Shown here piece by piece: positions 1-14,533 of a stretch of 64,000 nucleotides of DNA. Source of the stretch: Lingula anatina. Lineage: Eukaryota; Animalia; Brachiopoda. Every line of letters starts with the position of its first letter. The stretch's first letter is position 1. The notes under the pieces are model-generated. The model made no database searches and was not told where the DNA came from. It worked only from the letters and a program-made list of their open reading frames with translations. The stretch lies in the NCBI GenBank assembly GCA_051362555.1, contig CM120648.1:14690587-14754586 (forward strand), given 5' to 3'. The translations under genes were made by a program, and so were the position numbers.

Positions 1-1672
1 AATTACGTTACCTATACGCTAGGCATACGTTAGCGTTACCGACTTAAACCAGTTTTTGCCCGTGTACTCGAAACCTATATGACGTTATTCTCACAAAACA
101 AGTAAAACGAAATAGAGCGTAGCGTTTTACCGATAAAAATAAGGGTGAAATCAGCTTGGGTTACGATAATCCTTCTTCTTTATGAGGGGGAGGGGTTATT
201 TTACGCTTAAGGGCTTGATCTAAAGTCTCACGCAGACTTACTTAATCATAGTAAATGTCACGTCCCTCTGATGTGGAAGAGGATCTCCCTGGGTTCCATG
301 TTAACACCCCAGATAAGCACTTCATTAACATCAGCAGTGTCCTCCTCTATCACTGCAGTCATCAGTCATCATAGGGACACCTGGGCACGGGACGAGAAAA
401 GTAAGTTTTCCTGTACACGCGGTATTTGTCTGAGATTCCCTCATGTCTTCACCATTCAAAATAAATGCCTTTTCAACGTGATTCTTGGGTTTCTCTTTTA
501 GAGATTTCTCTTACATGTATATAGCTGGGCGTCATATAAAACCACCCTTAAGATGTTTCAAGGGACAAGCCGAGTAAAGAAATGAAGAAAAAATTAAATT
601 TTAAAGTTTTCAAAATAGTTTATAAAAGTGCTGAAGTTGTCGATGAAAGGTTTGTTCTTTTATTATAAATTGAATATGACTATATAAGAGAAGTTTTACT
701 TATAAGTATGGAATATTCATTACCGGCAAGAATTTCTTTATGAAGCATGTGATATACTTGTTTTGGTATGTGTCACAATATGTTTGACTAGTAAAGCAAA
801 CTGTGTGTGAGTTTGTGTGCGTCCATCAGGTGTTGCTCGTGTGTGCACGTGTGTGAGTGTGGGTATATACGCGTGTGCTCGCACGCCTGTGTACGATGTG
901 GTATGTATGATGATGGTGATATACAGACATTCTGACAGCTTTGTAATAAAGCAAATCAGCAGGTTAGGTGACTTTTGAAATTTGGAGGAGCTACAGTTCT
1001 GCTCACTGATAACAATGGCAGGGATGGAGGGAGGGAGCGAACGGACGAGGAATAAACAAATAAAGACACAAACAGTACTATGTTTATGAGAAAACATGAG
1101 CTCGATCTTTTTGGACTTATGCTTTGTCTGAGTTAAAATCCAATAAATTATCTGCTGTTATCATAAATGTGAATGACGTGATCAATACTAACTGGATTAG
1201 GCTGCAGAGCATTAACGAGGTTTTCCCAATGTTTTTTACCTCGGGGGGCTTTGGGGCAGCAGATTCGCATTCCAATCTTTATAAAAAATACGTTCTTTTT
1301 ACTCACCGTCTTAAGGAGATGATCATACAAAATGATTGTCGTTTTTAGTCTTTTGTCTGTATTTAAAGCCGACAAAAAGTTAAACGAAGCGATATAAGAG
1401 TTTTAAAAGGCCATCTGTCATGTCAACAATTTCTATATGATCCTGATAGCCACGTTTTAACTAGTTTTATTTCACTGACATTTAGATCATAAGATTTCCG
1501 TTCGTTATTGCTTCATTCCTGGTGCGAGTTATCAATTCACCTTGAGTTGCAGTATGAAGAGGCTTGGGCACACACACGTGATCAACTAATAGTACGTGTG
1601 CATGCTACAGCACCTGAAAAATCTAGGTGTCCATACTGATCACCCCACCCACATATACAAACGATATATATC

Positions 1673-1673
<1 letters not shown>

Positions 1674-1752
<79 letters not shown>
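1674..1752. repeat. Compound (CA)n(GA)n microsatellite; others near 4250, 4788, 11427, 18168, 31277, 32221, 45768, 48090
   Basis: Direct reading. Confidence 0.95.
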
Positions 1753-1753
<1 letters not shown>

Positions 1754-4249
1754 CCAATTTTCGAGTAAGATATATATAACAAGCATTTTCAAAAGGAAAA
1801 CGCACAAATCGAGTTAGCCTGAATAAGGAAAATAATTGGATTACTGACCGGGCAGCTTGTCCACATGGGAAAGTAGCCTATGGGAAATTGATGAATTGAT
1901 ATATTTAGGAAAGATAAAGGTTATAATTAGATGTCTTATTAGCAGATAGTTTATGGCGGTTTTCTCAGTTAATATGTGGAGTTACTAGGAAGACGTACAT
2001 TGACAGGACGAGAATTAATCCCGATCTCCGGCACGAAGACGCTTGCGGATGACGTTAAAGCGCTACAAATTGATTGATGTGAATGGCCATTGTATGGCAG
2101 TCTACAGAATGTGAAACTATTTTGTTTGCCCATTGTGAGAGCGTCTAAATCATCGATGTGGACAACAAATAAAGACACAAACAGTTCTATGTTCAGAAAA
2201 AGTTAGGATACAGAGCAGGAAAGTCATCATGTAATGCGGTATTAAGTGTTCAATGGCGGAGATAAGGTGCGCGACCCTCCACTGCTCACCAGTGACGGAT
2301 TCAATCATAGACTATGTCCAAACAGGGAGACATGATGCGTAATGAGGCTCAGAGAAGCAAGCTTGGCCCCTTGCCAAAGTTGAGAAATAAAGCGATGTCG
2401 CTGAATACAGATTTGATGCGCCACATCAGATCTTAATAAAACGCCCTTTTCTGACGTCATTTTTTTATTTTTGTTATTTCAAGGATCGACAAGTCAGAAG
2501 TGCCAAAACAACAAGCAACTAAGAAAGTGCAACCCAGCACACTCGTATTACGTTATATACTACTAATCAAGTACAATTATCTCTGTATTATATATATTCC
2601 TTTACTCATCTTTTAAAGGTGGTTTTTAGTAAATAAATAAATAAAAAATAAATATATATATATATAATGTGCGAAAGGTTTCTTGAATTTGTTTGAAGTA
2701 GTTATATATTTTTGTCTGTTTTGTTTTGCCTAGTTTCAAACCAAACAGAAACTAAATGACTACGATTTGTATACACGTATGCTTACCTGTATTAACTTAC
2801 TTCAGACAAAAGCTGTGTTGTTTGCTATCCTTTCAATAGGATTCAGTACTCAATTTATTCAGATGTGTCAGGTTAGGGTTTCTACTATTGTTACATGGAA
2901 AAAGTCCGTACTTAATATTGTGCGGTGGTTAAACCTACCACTCTCAGGACAATATCAAAGTGTAATGTTCTTGTTTATTCTTACCAGAGACCGTCAAATG
3001 TGATCAATGTTGAGTTTTGCATCCTCAAAATTAGACTGCACTTGGGGACTAAAGCAGAACTGTCCCAGTCCCCAGGGCACCGCCTGTTGTTCTCCAAGCT
3101 ATGCAGTCGTCTTATTACACATATCGTAACAAAGGAGTATCAAAGTGCAGCCTGCACAGCTACAAGAATAACCAACAGATTCTTAATTGATAAATCAAAT
3201 CAAGAGACCACAATGAGCATGCACTTTAACTAAATGATGCCATTCATTACTGGTGAGTGGGAACGGCCTCTCTCACCCTCGGTTATTGGGATCATTCAGT
3301 ACCAGTCAATGTGTCTGTCGCCATCAAAACCAATCGCTGGTCTGATTATTGGCTTCTTAAACACACATCCTTGGAATAGGTGGCCTTTACGCTGAATGTA
3401 AAAATCGATCAGGGCCCTCTAAAGATGCCTCCATCTCATCTTGACCACTAATGTATATTCTACTGTCTCTCTATCATATACACATTTCTTAGGATTTCTG
3501 TGTAAGTGTTGTACAAAATGATGTCATTCACGCCTATAATGACATGTAAAGCAAGTACACGTAGGTTATGAAGTGCAAAGTACATCGGACGCAATGATAG
3601 TGTCGCCACCACAGCCTTATTCCACCTTCATTGGGAGGGGCGGATTGGCATTACAATACGTTATAGGGTATTTTGCCGTAGTTCTGTAGACCGTAGTTCA
3701 GACTTCTCTTCCTTTGCTTTGAGACGTAAACTGGGCCCCTAAACCCGCCCTTTAACCTGCTAATGCTCTCTAACTATAATTACCCATGACCAGAGTATCC
3801 CAATCTACACAATTTCCAGAAAAAACTGACAAAGAGGTTGGAAAACCCCTCCATTGTCGAGGTCCAGTGTCAACCATGGTAATATATCTAGTATACCGTC
3901 AATTTTCACAATGCGAGTGTACACACGACTTCAAAGTTAAGTACAATGTACAACAACAATGACATAAAGTGTAGGTGATAAGCCCAATTAGGTGTGACGG
4001 TATACTGTAAGGGTTTGTAAGTATCAAATTTTTAAAGCATGGACTGAAGGTTATTAATTAAGTCACGGTTAAAGAGAAGGTGTTTTCACGTTGAACATGT
4101 CTGTTTCCAGGCCAGTTTTTATACTATTTAGTGTTTTACGAAAGCAAAACAAATGAAGGTCCAATCAGGACACCACTTAGTGATACCTGAAGCAACCTAG
4201 TAGCCTCTTGGTCCGCCTATGGCCTGCGGTTTACTGGATAAAATAATCG

Positions 4250-4296
<47 letters not shown>

Positions 4297-4360
4297 ACAC
4301 TTATTATGGTTTTTCTTTGAAAAAATCAGTATTATTTCACATGTACTTTCTTCACTCTAG

Positions 4361-7300
4361 GGTCCATATCCAACATTGGTCCGGGTGGCTCGCTATATAA
4401 ATGCAAGGATAACCCGGATGCTACTGCGGACTACACCACTATCATAGGAGTGGTAGGAGCCGCCGAGAGCAGCATCTCCCTTCAAGTGGCCAATCTGTTG
4501 AAGCTGTTTTATATACCACAGGCACGTGTCACCTTTGTCTTTTATTAAAACATATCACACATTTCTAAATCCAGTCAAATACCCGTAACTGTACCCAAAG
4601 AGGCTTGTATCTTGAATGATCGACGTCAATGCACTATAGATTCACGCATTCGGGTACAAGTACTACATTTTATTTTAAAATTAGATCCGCGGGATGATAC
4701 AGGTTCACTATAGAGCAGCACATTACTGCCTCAGCTAGTACAACCTTTCCAGATTCTCCACTTCATTTAAATCTAATTAGATAATTCATGTGTGTGTGTG
4801 TGTGTGTGTGTGTGGGGGGGGGGGGGGGAGGGGGGCTTGAAAGTACATGTTTATCGTACGTTTAAAATAGTGGTAGGGGACTTTGGGCCATACTAATTCG
4901 TGGTAATCGGTACAATGCATATCGCACGGTAACAGCCAGCAATTATAATTGGTCGAAGATTCTGAAAATGAAAAGCCAAAGACAAATATAACGCCACTCT
5001 AGGGTAACATAATGCAGAGCAGGATGAAAACTGAAAAAGGAAATATGGAAATATTCTTAATGCAGCCAAAGTATTAAAGAGGTTCCACGTGGACAATTGG
5101 AAATAAAGACCATGTGTTTGTGTAATAAAGACCCAGTGTTGGTGTAACAAAGCAGAATCTAAAACCAATTCTGGGGAAATAGAAGATGAAATTCATTTCC
5201 TAGTGTCGTGCCCTCTTTATACAGTTCTCCGATATGATCTTTTTTCAGTGTACAAAAAACCAATATAGTAACTTTGAACATCTTACCAGAATGGATAAAT
5301 TTATAACACCAATGACTGGTAAGAAGACTGAACAGATGTTTGCCCTTGCCAAATATTTATGGTTAGTCTTCCAAAAAAGGGACTGTGCTGCACCCATTAC
5401 CAGCAAGTGTACTGGCAGTTGAGTAGGTAGAGCCACGTGGGCTCTGCCAAATATGTTTTGTATTTTTCTTACAAGTAGTCAAACTATATCACTATTTAAT
5501 ATAATTCATACTTATTTATAATTGCATTCCTATTGTACATTTTCATCCACCCATGCAGATGCATACGATACAATGAATAAAGCAAGATATGTTTACCATC
5601 GTTTGCCTATGTCATACCGGTATTTGGAAAAGTACCGTGAAAGAGTCGTTTAGTCGTTTGCCGGTGTAGTGAAAATGTGGGTACGTGTAACAGAAAGTCT
5701 GCCTTCTATTCAGTTATAATGGTTAGGGTTAGCCTGACTTAAGTGGACCAAAATGTAGGGCGAGGCTAACCTGTACAAATGAATGGGAGGCGGACTCTCT
5801 ATTATGGGGGACTCTCTGTCACGTTACACCGGCGTCAAATCCCAAAGCACCTGAATATCACAGAGTTAGTACCGTTCAATGTCCTCTAACTTGTTCTCCA
5901 GATCAGCTACTTCTCTACAAGCCCGGACCTCAGCAACAAGGAGAGATACCCTTACTTCCTGCGCACAATTCCTTCCGATGCCTCACAGGCGGAAGTCATG
6001 ATAGAAATTATTAAGAAGCTAAATTGGAAATACATCAGCATCATATACGACGCTACAAACTATGGACTGAAGGTAAGATATATTTGCAAGAGCCGGGTGT
6101 TAACCTGATCACAGGCGTCTTTGTAGTCTACTCAGTTAAAAAAAAAAAAAAAAAAAAAAAAAACTTTTCCGCAATTTTGTGAGGGTAGTCACGTGTGATC
6201 GGGACCACCCTCCGCTATGAGGGGAGGTTTCCCAATGGCACTTCCAGGTTGGCTTACAAAGCCAATATGACATTGTTTGCACGGAAATTAATTGAAACTG
6301 TATATGAATGTTGGAAAAGTTTCCATTTCTTTTAATGAATTTTTACAAATAATTTAACAAGTAAGCCTCCCCTCTCAGCACAAAGGGAATGTTTCCAATT
6401 GCAATCAACAACAAGGTAACCATTTGCAAACTAGTACAACTAATTGATATTGCACTGGAAACCATTGTTTTGAGATCAGGGCAGTATCGAGAACAAATTA
6501 TAGTCATCATAAAAATCATCAGCTTTCATACCTTATTATGCAAAGGGCTCTCTTCAAAAGCACGTTTGAAAAGGATAACTTTGTGAGTGATCCAAATTTC
6601 AACTTTCAAGTGCCACGTTTCTAAACAAATAAGAAGGACAGAGTCCCAGTTTAAAACATGAGAAGAAAATCCACACCTAAGTCATACACTGATCTCCTGT
6701 TACTTGGGTTCCAGGGCTTTGTCCGCATAGGAGAACTGATCAACAAAGAGGACAGTCTTTGTACGGCGGTCACGTACCAGCTCTCCCAGACTGACCCAGC
6801 CACACATGACGCCGCCATCAAAGCGCTCGCCAAGCAGAAGAATGCTAAAGGTAAAGTAAACCATGGTAATAGTTGGTCTTAATGATCGTCAGGGTTGCCA
6901 AGATTGAATGTGTGAAATGCACGATTAACGGAGGTTGAAACAGCAGGCGATATGGTACATACGTGTATATTATAGTGCTGCTAAGGGAAGATGATCGTTC
7001 CAAGCGCCACATGTGCAGCAACCAAGAACACATATTCATAAGAAGACGGTATCAGAACCTAGAGATGGATATTATATCATTCTGTATACTGGTGTTTATC
7101 TTCACCTTCCAGGTGTCATAGTGTTCGCCAAATACCCTGACGTCATCAAGCTGATGCGTGCTGTGGAGGAGAACAACGTGACGAGCCACTTCATGTGGAT
7201 AGGCAGTGACGGCTGGCAGGAGGCACAACTCGCCAATATCGGAGGTTTTCGAGAGGAGGTCTGTACAGTAGATGCCCACCATGTCAGCTATAACCGTGCC

Positions 7301-10300
7301 CCACATGTTGGTCCCCCCCTGGGTCTGGGTTGAGTTTGACCATGTGTTCCACAGAGATCCCAATGGCTTGGTTCTTACTGGTGGTCTGTACTTAGGACCT
7401 GTGTGGAATACTGGCCACCGCTCAGGTGTTACACACATGCCCCCCCCCCCCCCCCCCCACCCCACCCCAGATGGTCATGCTGGCATTGCTGAAACATGAC
7501 GTGCCAACGAAATACAACCTTATCGTCATTCTCCCTGTATTTTCCTGGTTCATCTCATGCCATTAAAGCAAATGAAGATTGAGTGTATACTCTGTCCAGG
7601 ATAGTTACTTTAAAATTTGACGTTGCACATCCTGTACTAGTACACAATGCCTCGCAGTACATACATCTAGTACAAAGGTATATTTTTTTCTACCTTGTGT
7701 AGGCTGACATAGTCATTATGACGCGTAACATTCTGTAAAAAACCGTGCATTCATTTGGAGATCTAGCCTATTACACAGGATGCGTTTAGTCTTAGACATT
7801 GTAAAATGTTCCATACAAATTATTTATGTAACACTCGATTCAACACATACAACGTAAATATATTAAGACGCAGGTACCCTCTTAATTAGCTGAACACAGC
7901 TTTATACTTTATTTTCCTGTATGAAGACTTATATTTTTGATAAAAATATCTTATATAACAGTATACCAGTACTAAAACTCAACTACTACATTTCGACAAA
8001 CGACCATCTTATATTTTCAGCTAGAAGGCGCCATAACCGTGCATCCTCTCGCACACACAGTGACAGGGTTCAGCTATTACTTCAGGAATCTAAAACCAGA
8101 TCACCAGAACACAAACCCTTGGTTCAACGAATTCTGGGAACAGCATTTTAAATGCAAATTGCCATCTACCCAACTGTCGTATTTTAATAAAGACTATAAA
8201 AATTGCACAGGACAAGAGAAGATCAGCAAGGACTTCATATTTGAGCCTCGTCTTCAGTTTGTCAGCGACGCGGTGATGGCGTTTGCACATGCACTTAAGG
8301 TGAGAACCAGCAGTAAGCTATTCAGCACAGGAAATTCATCTTATCGGAAATGAAGAAATGAATAAGGATGAACAAAACATCTTGTTACGGAAATTTTGTA
8401 TGAGTAATGTTGTATAACAAAAGAATATATATAAATGTATATACAATGACACAAGATGAATAACACGTACAAGGTCGGTAGTTTTCTCAAGTATGATACA
8501 GGTACGACTGAGAATTATCCACAATGAATGGTGTAAAATACGTGAATTGATTTTTCAGAACATGCACACTGAAGTCTGCGGCGGACGGCGGGGGATATGC
8601 GCTGAAATGAATCCCATCTCAGGCGAAACTCTTCTTTACTATTTGAAAAATGTGCAGTTTACAAGTTAGTATTTATTCTTTGTATAGCGTGTGTGTTTAA
8701 TATAATTACGTGATAGATCACTATATTTACGGGATAAGTGCTGGAGGCAGACCCAGAAGTGTCAGGTGCACAAATTCGTAAATTATTTTAAAATCTACCG
8801 AAAGTTTTTCTCGTCTACTATAAAGTCCACATATAAACCAAAGACCGTGCATATCCATACGTGCCATCTAATACTGACCAGTTATATACCCTGTCCACAC
8901 GAGAGCCTGCCCCTCCAACAGACAGTTTGACCTTCCTTGGTTGTGCACTCTACTACACCTTCCTACCACTGCTTCTCCTCCATCCGGTGCTCTAGGTCTG
9001 TAAAATAACGTAAGCTGTCTCTTATAATTAAGCAGTATATTTTATTATTTTAATATGTTTTCCTTTTTGTTGTCCCACTCAAGCAACATTGAGATATCAT
9101 ATGCAAATATTCATTTTCCATTTTCTCAAAGGTCTAGCAGGTGCAGAGGAATTCCACTTTGAAAGTAATGGCGACGGCGCCAATAGATATATTCTAAAGG
9201 CGTACAGACAGCGCTCTCCTGGAAACTTTTCCTGGGAAAACGTTGGTGAATACGACAAGGGAATACTCACGGTGGGTAGACTGATATACTTACATTACCC
9301 GATACCTTTATTCTAGATGCACATTCGTTATTTTGATTTTTATTTTATCCCTTACCATATGGAGCTACATGTATAATAAGAAGCAACGCGACTGGAAGCA
9401 ATAAGTAACAACAGTGCAGAACATTTATTTCAAACGAGAACAAATTGCGGAAAAAAACGTTGAAAACAGTGGAGATAAATGACACAGTACAGTACCGGTA
9501 TAGCATTACATGTGATGACACACTTCATTATCTTTGAATTTCCAGATGGAACCGGACAAACTGATATTCAAAATGAATTCCACAGACATCCCCAAGTCCG
9601 AGTGCAGCAAGCCGTGCAGTGAGTTCGAGGCCACGCGGTACATAGCCCTGGACAAGTGCTGCTGGACCTGCCAACCCTGTACGGAACACCAGTATCTGCC
9701 CACGCCACACAAGTGCCAGGACTGCCCCAACGGAACCGAGCCAAATGTGTTCCGCAACGCGTGCACACCTCTTCCTGAAGTACACCTTAGTTTCAAGAAC
9801 GGAGTAGCCATTGGTGCAGTCACGTGCTCCGTGTGGGGGATCCTGTTTACTTTGTTTGTGATCTACGTGTTCGTGAGGCACCGGGATACACCTATCGTTA
9901 AGGCGTCAAGTCGAGAACTGAGCTTTGTTCTCTTGGCCGGGATCTTGCTTTGTTATCTTATGACTTTTATTATCATCGCCAAACCATCAGGCGTCATCTG
10001 CGGATTGCAAAAATTCGGTATCGGCCTTTGTTTTTCATTGTGTTACTCAGCACTTTTGACCAAAACCAACCGTATAGCAAGAATCTTCGCTGCTGGCAAG
10101 CGGACCACAAAAAGACCGATGTTCATCAGCCCAAGATCGCAGCTTATCATATGTGGAGCCATAGTCTTCATACAAATAATGATCGACGCCTTATGGTTAG
10201 CAGTTCGCCCACCAGAGGCACGATACATATATCCAACCAAATCAGTGAACATGTTAGTGTGTTTGGCGCACGTTGGAGACGAGTATATCATCGCCTTTAT

Positions 10301-11424
10301 CTACCCTATCATACTGCTCATTATATGCACAGTGTACGCAATTTTGACTCGTAAAATTCCCGAAGCGTTTAATGAATCTAGATACATTGGACTAACTGTG
10401 TACACCACTTGTATCATATGGTTGGCCTTTGTCCCAATATTCTTCACCACGGCCACAGATATTCCACTGCGTATGTGCATTATGGCATTTGTCCTCGATC
10501 TTAGCGCCACAGTGTCACTGATGTGCCTGTTTTTCCCACGTTTATACATCATTTTATTAAAACCAGAAAGAAACGTTAAACAGGCTATCAAGAAGAAAAT
10601 CAACACGCTTGAAGTGAAAGAGATGGGTTTTCACAAAGAAAAAAATTCATGGTCGCGGGATTCCGGAAACCATTCCGAAGGTAAGGGCTTGATTGGAGGA
10701 TCGTCAGTCGATCGTTTCCTGCAGGAGGCCAATTGCGTTGAAAGTGAGGCCCAATGCCGGGAGGGCGTGGCTCAACTAACACAATCAACTGGGCTTCTTA
10801 TCCTTGGGATATCCGATACATGCCAAACATTGGCTAGCCCAGGTAAAATGAACATCTTCAGTATCGTACATAATAATCGGTGTCATGATCAGAGGATACG
10901 CTATCACCGTGGCCCTGTGGAGCCTGCGCTGTCAAGCTCCTGTGTTATATGGGCCAAGGGACGGTAGCGCTGGAGATGCGGTGCCGTTTTATACACATTA
11001 CATTATCAATAGTCCCTCTTCATACAAATACGCAATGATTAGCCTACGCTATAAGGATAAAAGACACTTTATTTATTTATTTATTTATTGTTTGTTTGTT
11101 TGTTAATATATTTATTCACTGAGTGAATAGGGCTATTGATCCATAGCAAGCGGACGGAGAGGTAAAGACGCCGGTTACTATGCACGATACTGTCCGGTGG
11201 GGCTACATCGCGTTCCCTGGCTTGGTAGTCATCCCTGTTGCGAAGAAAACGTCCTCGCTTTTTGGCTGTGTTTTTATGTCTTTATTAGTCCATGTGTTCT
11301 ACTCTACGTTTTATGCTAAATACTGCTCTTTTGATTATTCCATTGCGTTTGCTGTATTAGTAGAATGTCTTCCACAGTAGAATGTATCAAATGTTTGTAT
11401 AAATCCTATCTGTATTTCCCGATC

Positions 11425-11472
<48 letters not shown>

Positions 11473-11977
11473 CGAAGGCCTGTGTGAAAAGGAATGGTAG
11501 TCCTAGAAATGGAAGTCTGTGGTCCCCTTTGATAAGTACAGGTTAGGGTTAGTGGGAGTATTGGAGATAGTAATTAAGACAAATGTCACCTGTACATAGC
11601 GGACTACCATTCCTGTCACACAGGTCATTAATGCTGCACTTGAAGCAGAGTTTTAAAACATTGTCATCTTGCTTTTTATTGTAGATCTGGACGTTCGCGT
11701 GCGTCTAACAAAAAGAAAGGATTCTTTGAATAGCGACATAGAGAATCCGACTGTGGGCACTCAAACCCCAGCCAACTTTGGAGCAGACATTACAACTCAG
11801 ACCGAAGGTGTGTGTGTCGTGATGGCAAATAATGAATATGCAAAGAAAAGCTACGTGGATGCAGCAGTTGCGACCGATGTGAACACAATCGCAATGGAGG
11901 AGAATTCTGACGAATACGATTCCGATAACTCTGACTTTGCCAGCATACAGTCCGATATACAGGATATATCACTCTAA
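4361..11977 (+). CDS. Class C GPCR, metabotropic glutamate receptor family, mXR/mangetout-like; 5' exon(s) not found in window
   Basis: Phase-consistent exons 4361-4521, 5902-6072, 6715-6850, 7113-7258, 8021-8299, 8559-8664, 9132-9271, 9546-10680, 11685-11977 (~854 aa visible). Venus-flytrap motifs IGVVGAAESSISLQVANLLKLFYIPQ|ISYFSTSPDLS, RTIPSD, WIGSDGW, NPWFNEFWEQHFKC; Cys-rich CCWTCQPC; 7TM motifs TPIVKASSRELS, LLTKTNRIARIF, KIPEAFNESRYIG. Confidence 0.93.
5661..5832 (+). repeat. Dispersed repeat, inverted copy at ~23995-24103
   Basis: GTGTAACAGAAAG...GTTATAATGGTTAGGGTTAGCCT...GGGCGAGGCT...GTACAAATGAATGGGA matches the reverse complement of 23995-24103; termini CCGGTGTA / TTACACCGG. Confidence 0.6.
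11479..11624. mobile_element. Short TIR element with internal GGTTAGGGTTAG
   Basis: CCTGTGTGAAAAGGAATGGTAGTCC / GGACTACCATTCCTGTCACACAGG. Confidence 0.6.
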
Positions 11978-13011
11978 GTCACAGTTGTGTTCTTGTCTCT
12001 AGAAATAAGACGTACCCATATCTCAAACTGCAGACATAGTTATTAACGTCTGTTAATTAAAAAAGATTATTTTCTTTCCAATTTATTATTCTGCATAGCG
12101 AACATTTCAGGGATATGTCAATATTAATTGTACATCTTGTTTGAGTTAGATTAAATTTTGTTACTTTTATGGTAGGAGTAAGTGTTTAATGTACCGTAAT
12201 ATGTGTTGAAATAGATTAAAATTTTGTTTTATTGTATAGTATTCATTGTTTTTATTTAATACAACGTTGTACTATAGATCGAGGCAATGCTTGTGATTTT
12301 AATAATAACTGCAATCGTTTTGTCCATCTGATATTAATAAAATTTAAAATAAATACATAAATATTCAAATGAATTAACAAACAAATAAATGAATGAATAA
12401 ATAAATGATTAATTAACAATATCAGAATGAATGTAATGAATATACAGTATATAATATAAGTGATATATGTACGAGGATCAGCCTTTGGTGAAGACGCATT
12501 CTTGAATTGCTTTTATGCATCCATGCTCAAGACAAATCACTTATTTAATTCTTTCAGAAACATGATATGAGTTCAATGGAAATGCAACAATAAAATAAAA
12601 ATGATATTCTCCTTTTTGTAAATTACACTTCAGCTACCCTTAGGAACAATCCTTTTATCTAATTTCTTTTTGCATACATGAAAATATGCTGTACAAGTAA
12701 CCGCTTGCTTCGACATTTACGCCCTCTGGAATATTTGGAAGTAAAATGTCAAATACGAAAACAAACTTCACCTTTCATGGGCCCTGGGAGAGGAGGTTGT
12801 CTTTATGACAAGAAGTGAATGTGTCCAGCTACGACTGCGCAGATATCAAATAAAGATGCAGCATGTAATCACATACCGACTTTAAGGGCCGCGTGAAACT
12901 TACACGGACAGACTCTTTTACTCACAATCTGAGCTTCGAAAATTGGGAACTGAACCAATAAAACATAACGAATGCATTGAGCTGACTCCTACTGCACGCA
13001 TAGTCTTACAC

Positions 13012-13217
13012 CCCATTCTCATAGATTAGATCGACCTACATTGGATCAACCTAACTCCCTGGGGGTTCACGCTAAATAGCTGTCAGCCGGGCGGACACGA
13101 AAGTTAATTACCCCTTAAAGCTTGTAGTAGGCGGGGACGGACACTTAAGGGGGATTATCTGACAGTAATCTAGTGAGACTCCCCGCGGTGATAGATCGAT
13201 CTAAAAGTTGTGAGAAC
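13012..13217. mobile_element. MITE family A, copy 1
   Basis: TIR consensus CCATTCCCACAGAT-TTAGATCGATC and shared core (CCTAACTCCCT, AAGTTAATTACCCC, ATCTAGTGAGACTCCCC), also at 35277, 40166 and 60582. Confidence 0.7.
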
Positions 13218-13368
13218 AGAGCCTAAGATACCATGCGTCACGAGGAGTCGAGCGCGGATCACGAGCACCTTGCAGTATTTAAACCGTCTTTCTCGTCATG
13301 CCTTCATTCACTTGGAAACGCTAACAGGGAAAGTATGATGCAACATGAGGGGGTTTTGTATTTGGTAA

Positions 13369-14533
13369 ACCCCCTTTACACTGGACAGTGATCTTTGTGC
13401 GTCCTTTGTGCCACCATGAAAGTGGCTAGATCGCCGTTGGACGCTCAAAACACGCACAGTGATCGTTAAGATCACGCAAAGAATGTTTAAGCATCGCCGA
13501 GGACGTCATGGTCGCCGCAAAGGTTTGAGAATGTTCAAACAAACGCACAAAGAACGCAGTGGAGGTTGGTCACTGCACGGTCGCTCAAGGGACGCAGAGA
13601 GGAGGCACAAGCATCGCCGTGGTCGCAGAAAAGACGCACACGCATCGCTGTGGTCGTAGAAAGGAGGCACAAGCATCTCTTTGACTGCAGAATCACTGGC
13701 CAGTGTCGGCACGTTTAACATTACTTTTATAACTCTCAAACGAGGTCGTGGTAAGGTATTTTTTTTTACCAGAGACAGGAAGTCTAGCGGTTTCATACCA
13801 GCCTCCGACTGGTATTTTTTTCTAAAATTCCTAACCGATCCGTTTTTGGAAGTTATTATAGAACGGATATTTGCTTTTTTTTCAAGATGCAGTTATTGTC
13901 GATGATTTTGCGGAATGCGTCTTTTGAAAAGGGATCAAAACATTCTATGTTGTGGCAGGCAGCCTTTTTCGTCTTCGGCGCCTGTTCATCCTCCTTATAA
14001 GGACAACAGTGATCATCTGACTTAGTATCAGTCCATGCAGACTTTGCATTACTGTAGTTTGAAAAATAAGTTCATTTCTTACTATTTGTTTAGTTTTCTG
14101 GGCATGTTCTTATAGGGTGACAATGTTAGAACTGATGAAAAAATGTAAAAGAGTCAGAATATGTAGAAGGACGCCCAAACAACGCCCATCGGTCTAGCAG
14201 GAGGCCGAAAGATGTAGAATGGTCGCCACTGATCGCCGATGAAGGTTCAGCAAACGCAATAAGGATGCTCCATGGTCGCTCAAACATGGCACTGGACTCC
14301 GTAGGTTGCTCAGGGGACGCAAAGGGGAGGCAGGTATGTCCCTCAGTGGACGAACAGATCTCTCGCAGCTTTACAGGTAAAATTTAGATTTAGTCTTCAA
14401 AATAAGCACAAGGGATGCAGAGGAATTTACACTAAAACATAATATAATTGCTTGGGCGACTGTTGAGCGTCTTCACCATGTTTTTGATCGTAGAAGGGAC
14501 GGAGAAAAGGACGCCGTCCAGTGTAAATGGGCC
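13369..14533. mobile_element. Non-autonomous PIF/Harbinger-like DNA transposon (~1.17 kb)
   Basis: Imperfect 18-bp TIRs ACCCCCTTTACACTGGAC / GTCCAGTGTAAATGGGCC (15/18), TAA at or near both ends, GC-rich reiterated GGTCGC-type subterminal motifs. Confidence 0.55.

Noticed and set aside
1-4360. Missing first GPCR exons and short ORFs
   Set aside because: No GGLFPVH or DTC-type motif found; the listed ORFs are low-complexity or microsatellite-derived.
4893-5436. Antisense ORFs inside the GPCR intron
   Set aside because: No recognisable domain or splice structure.
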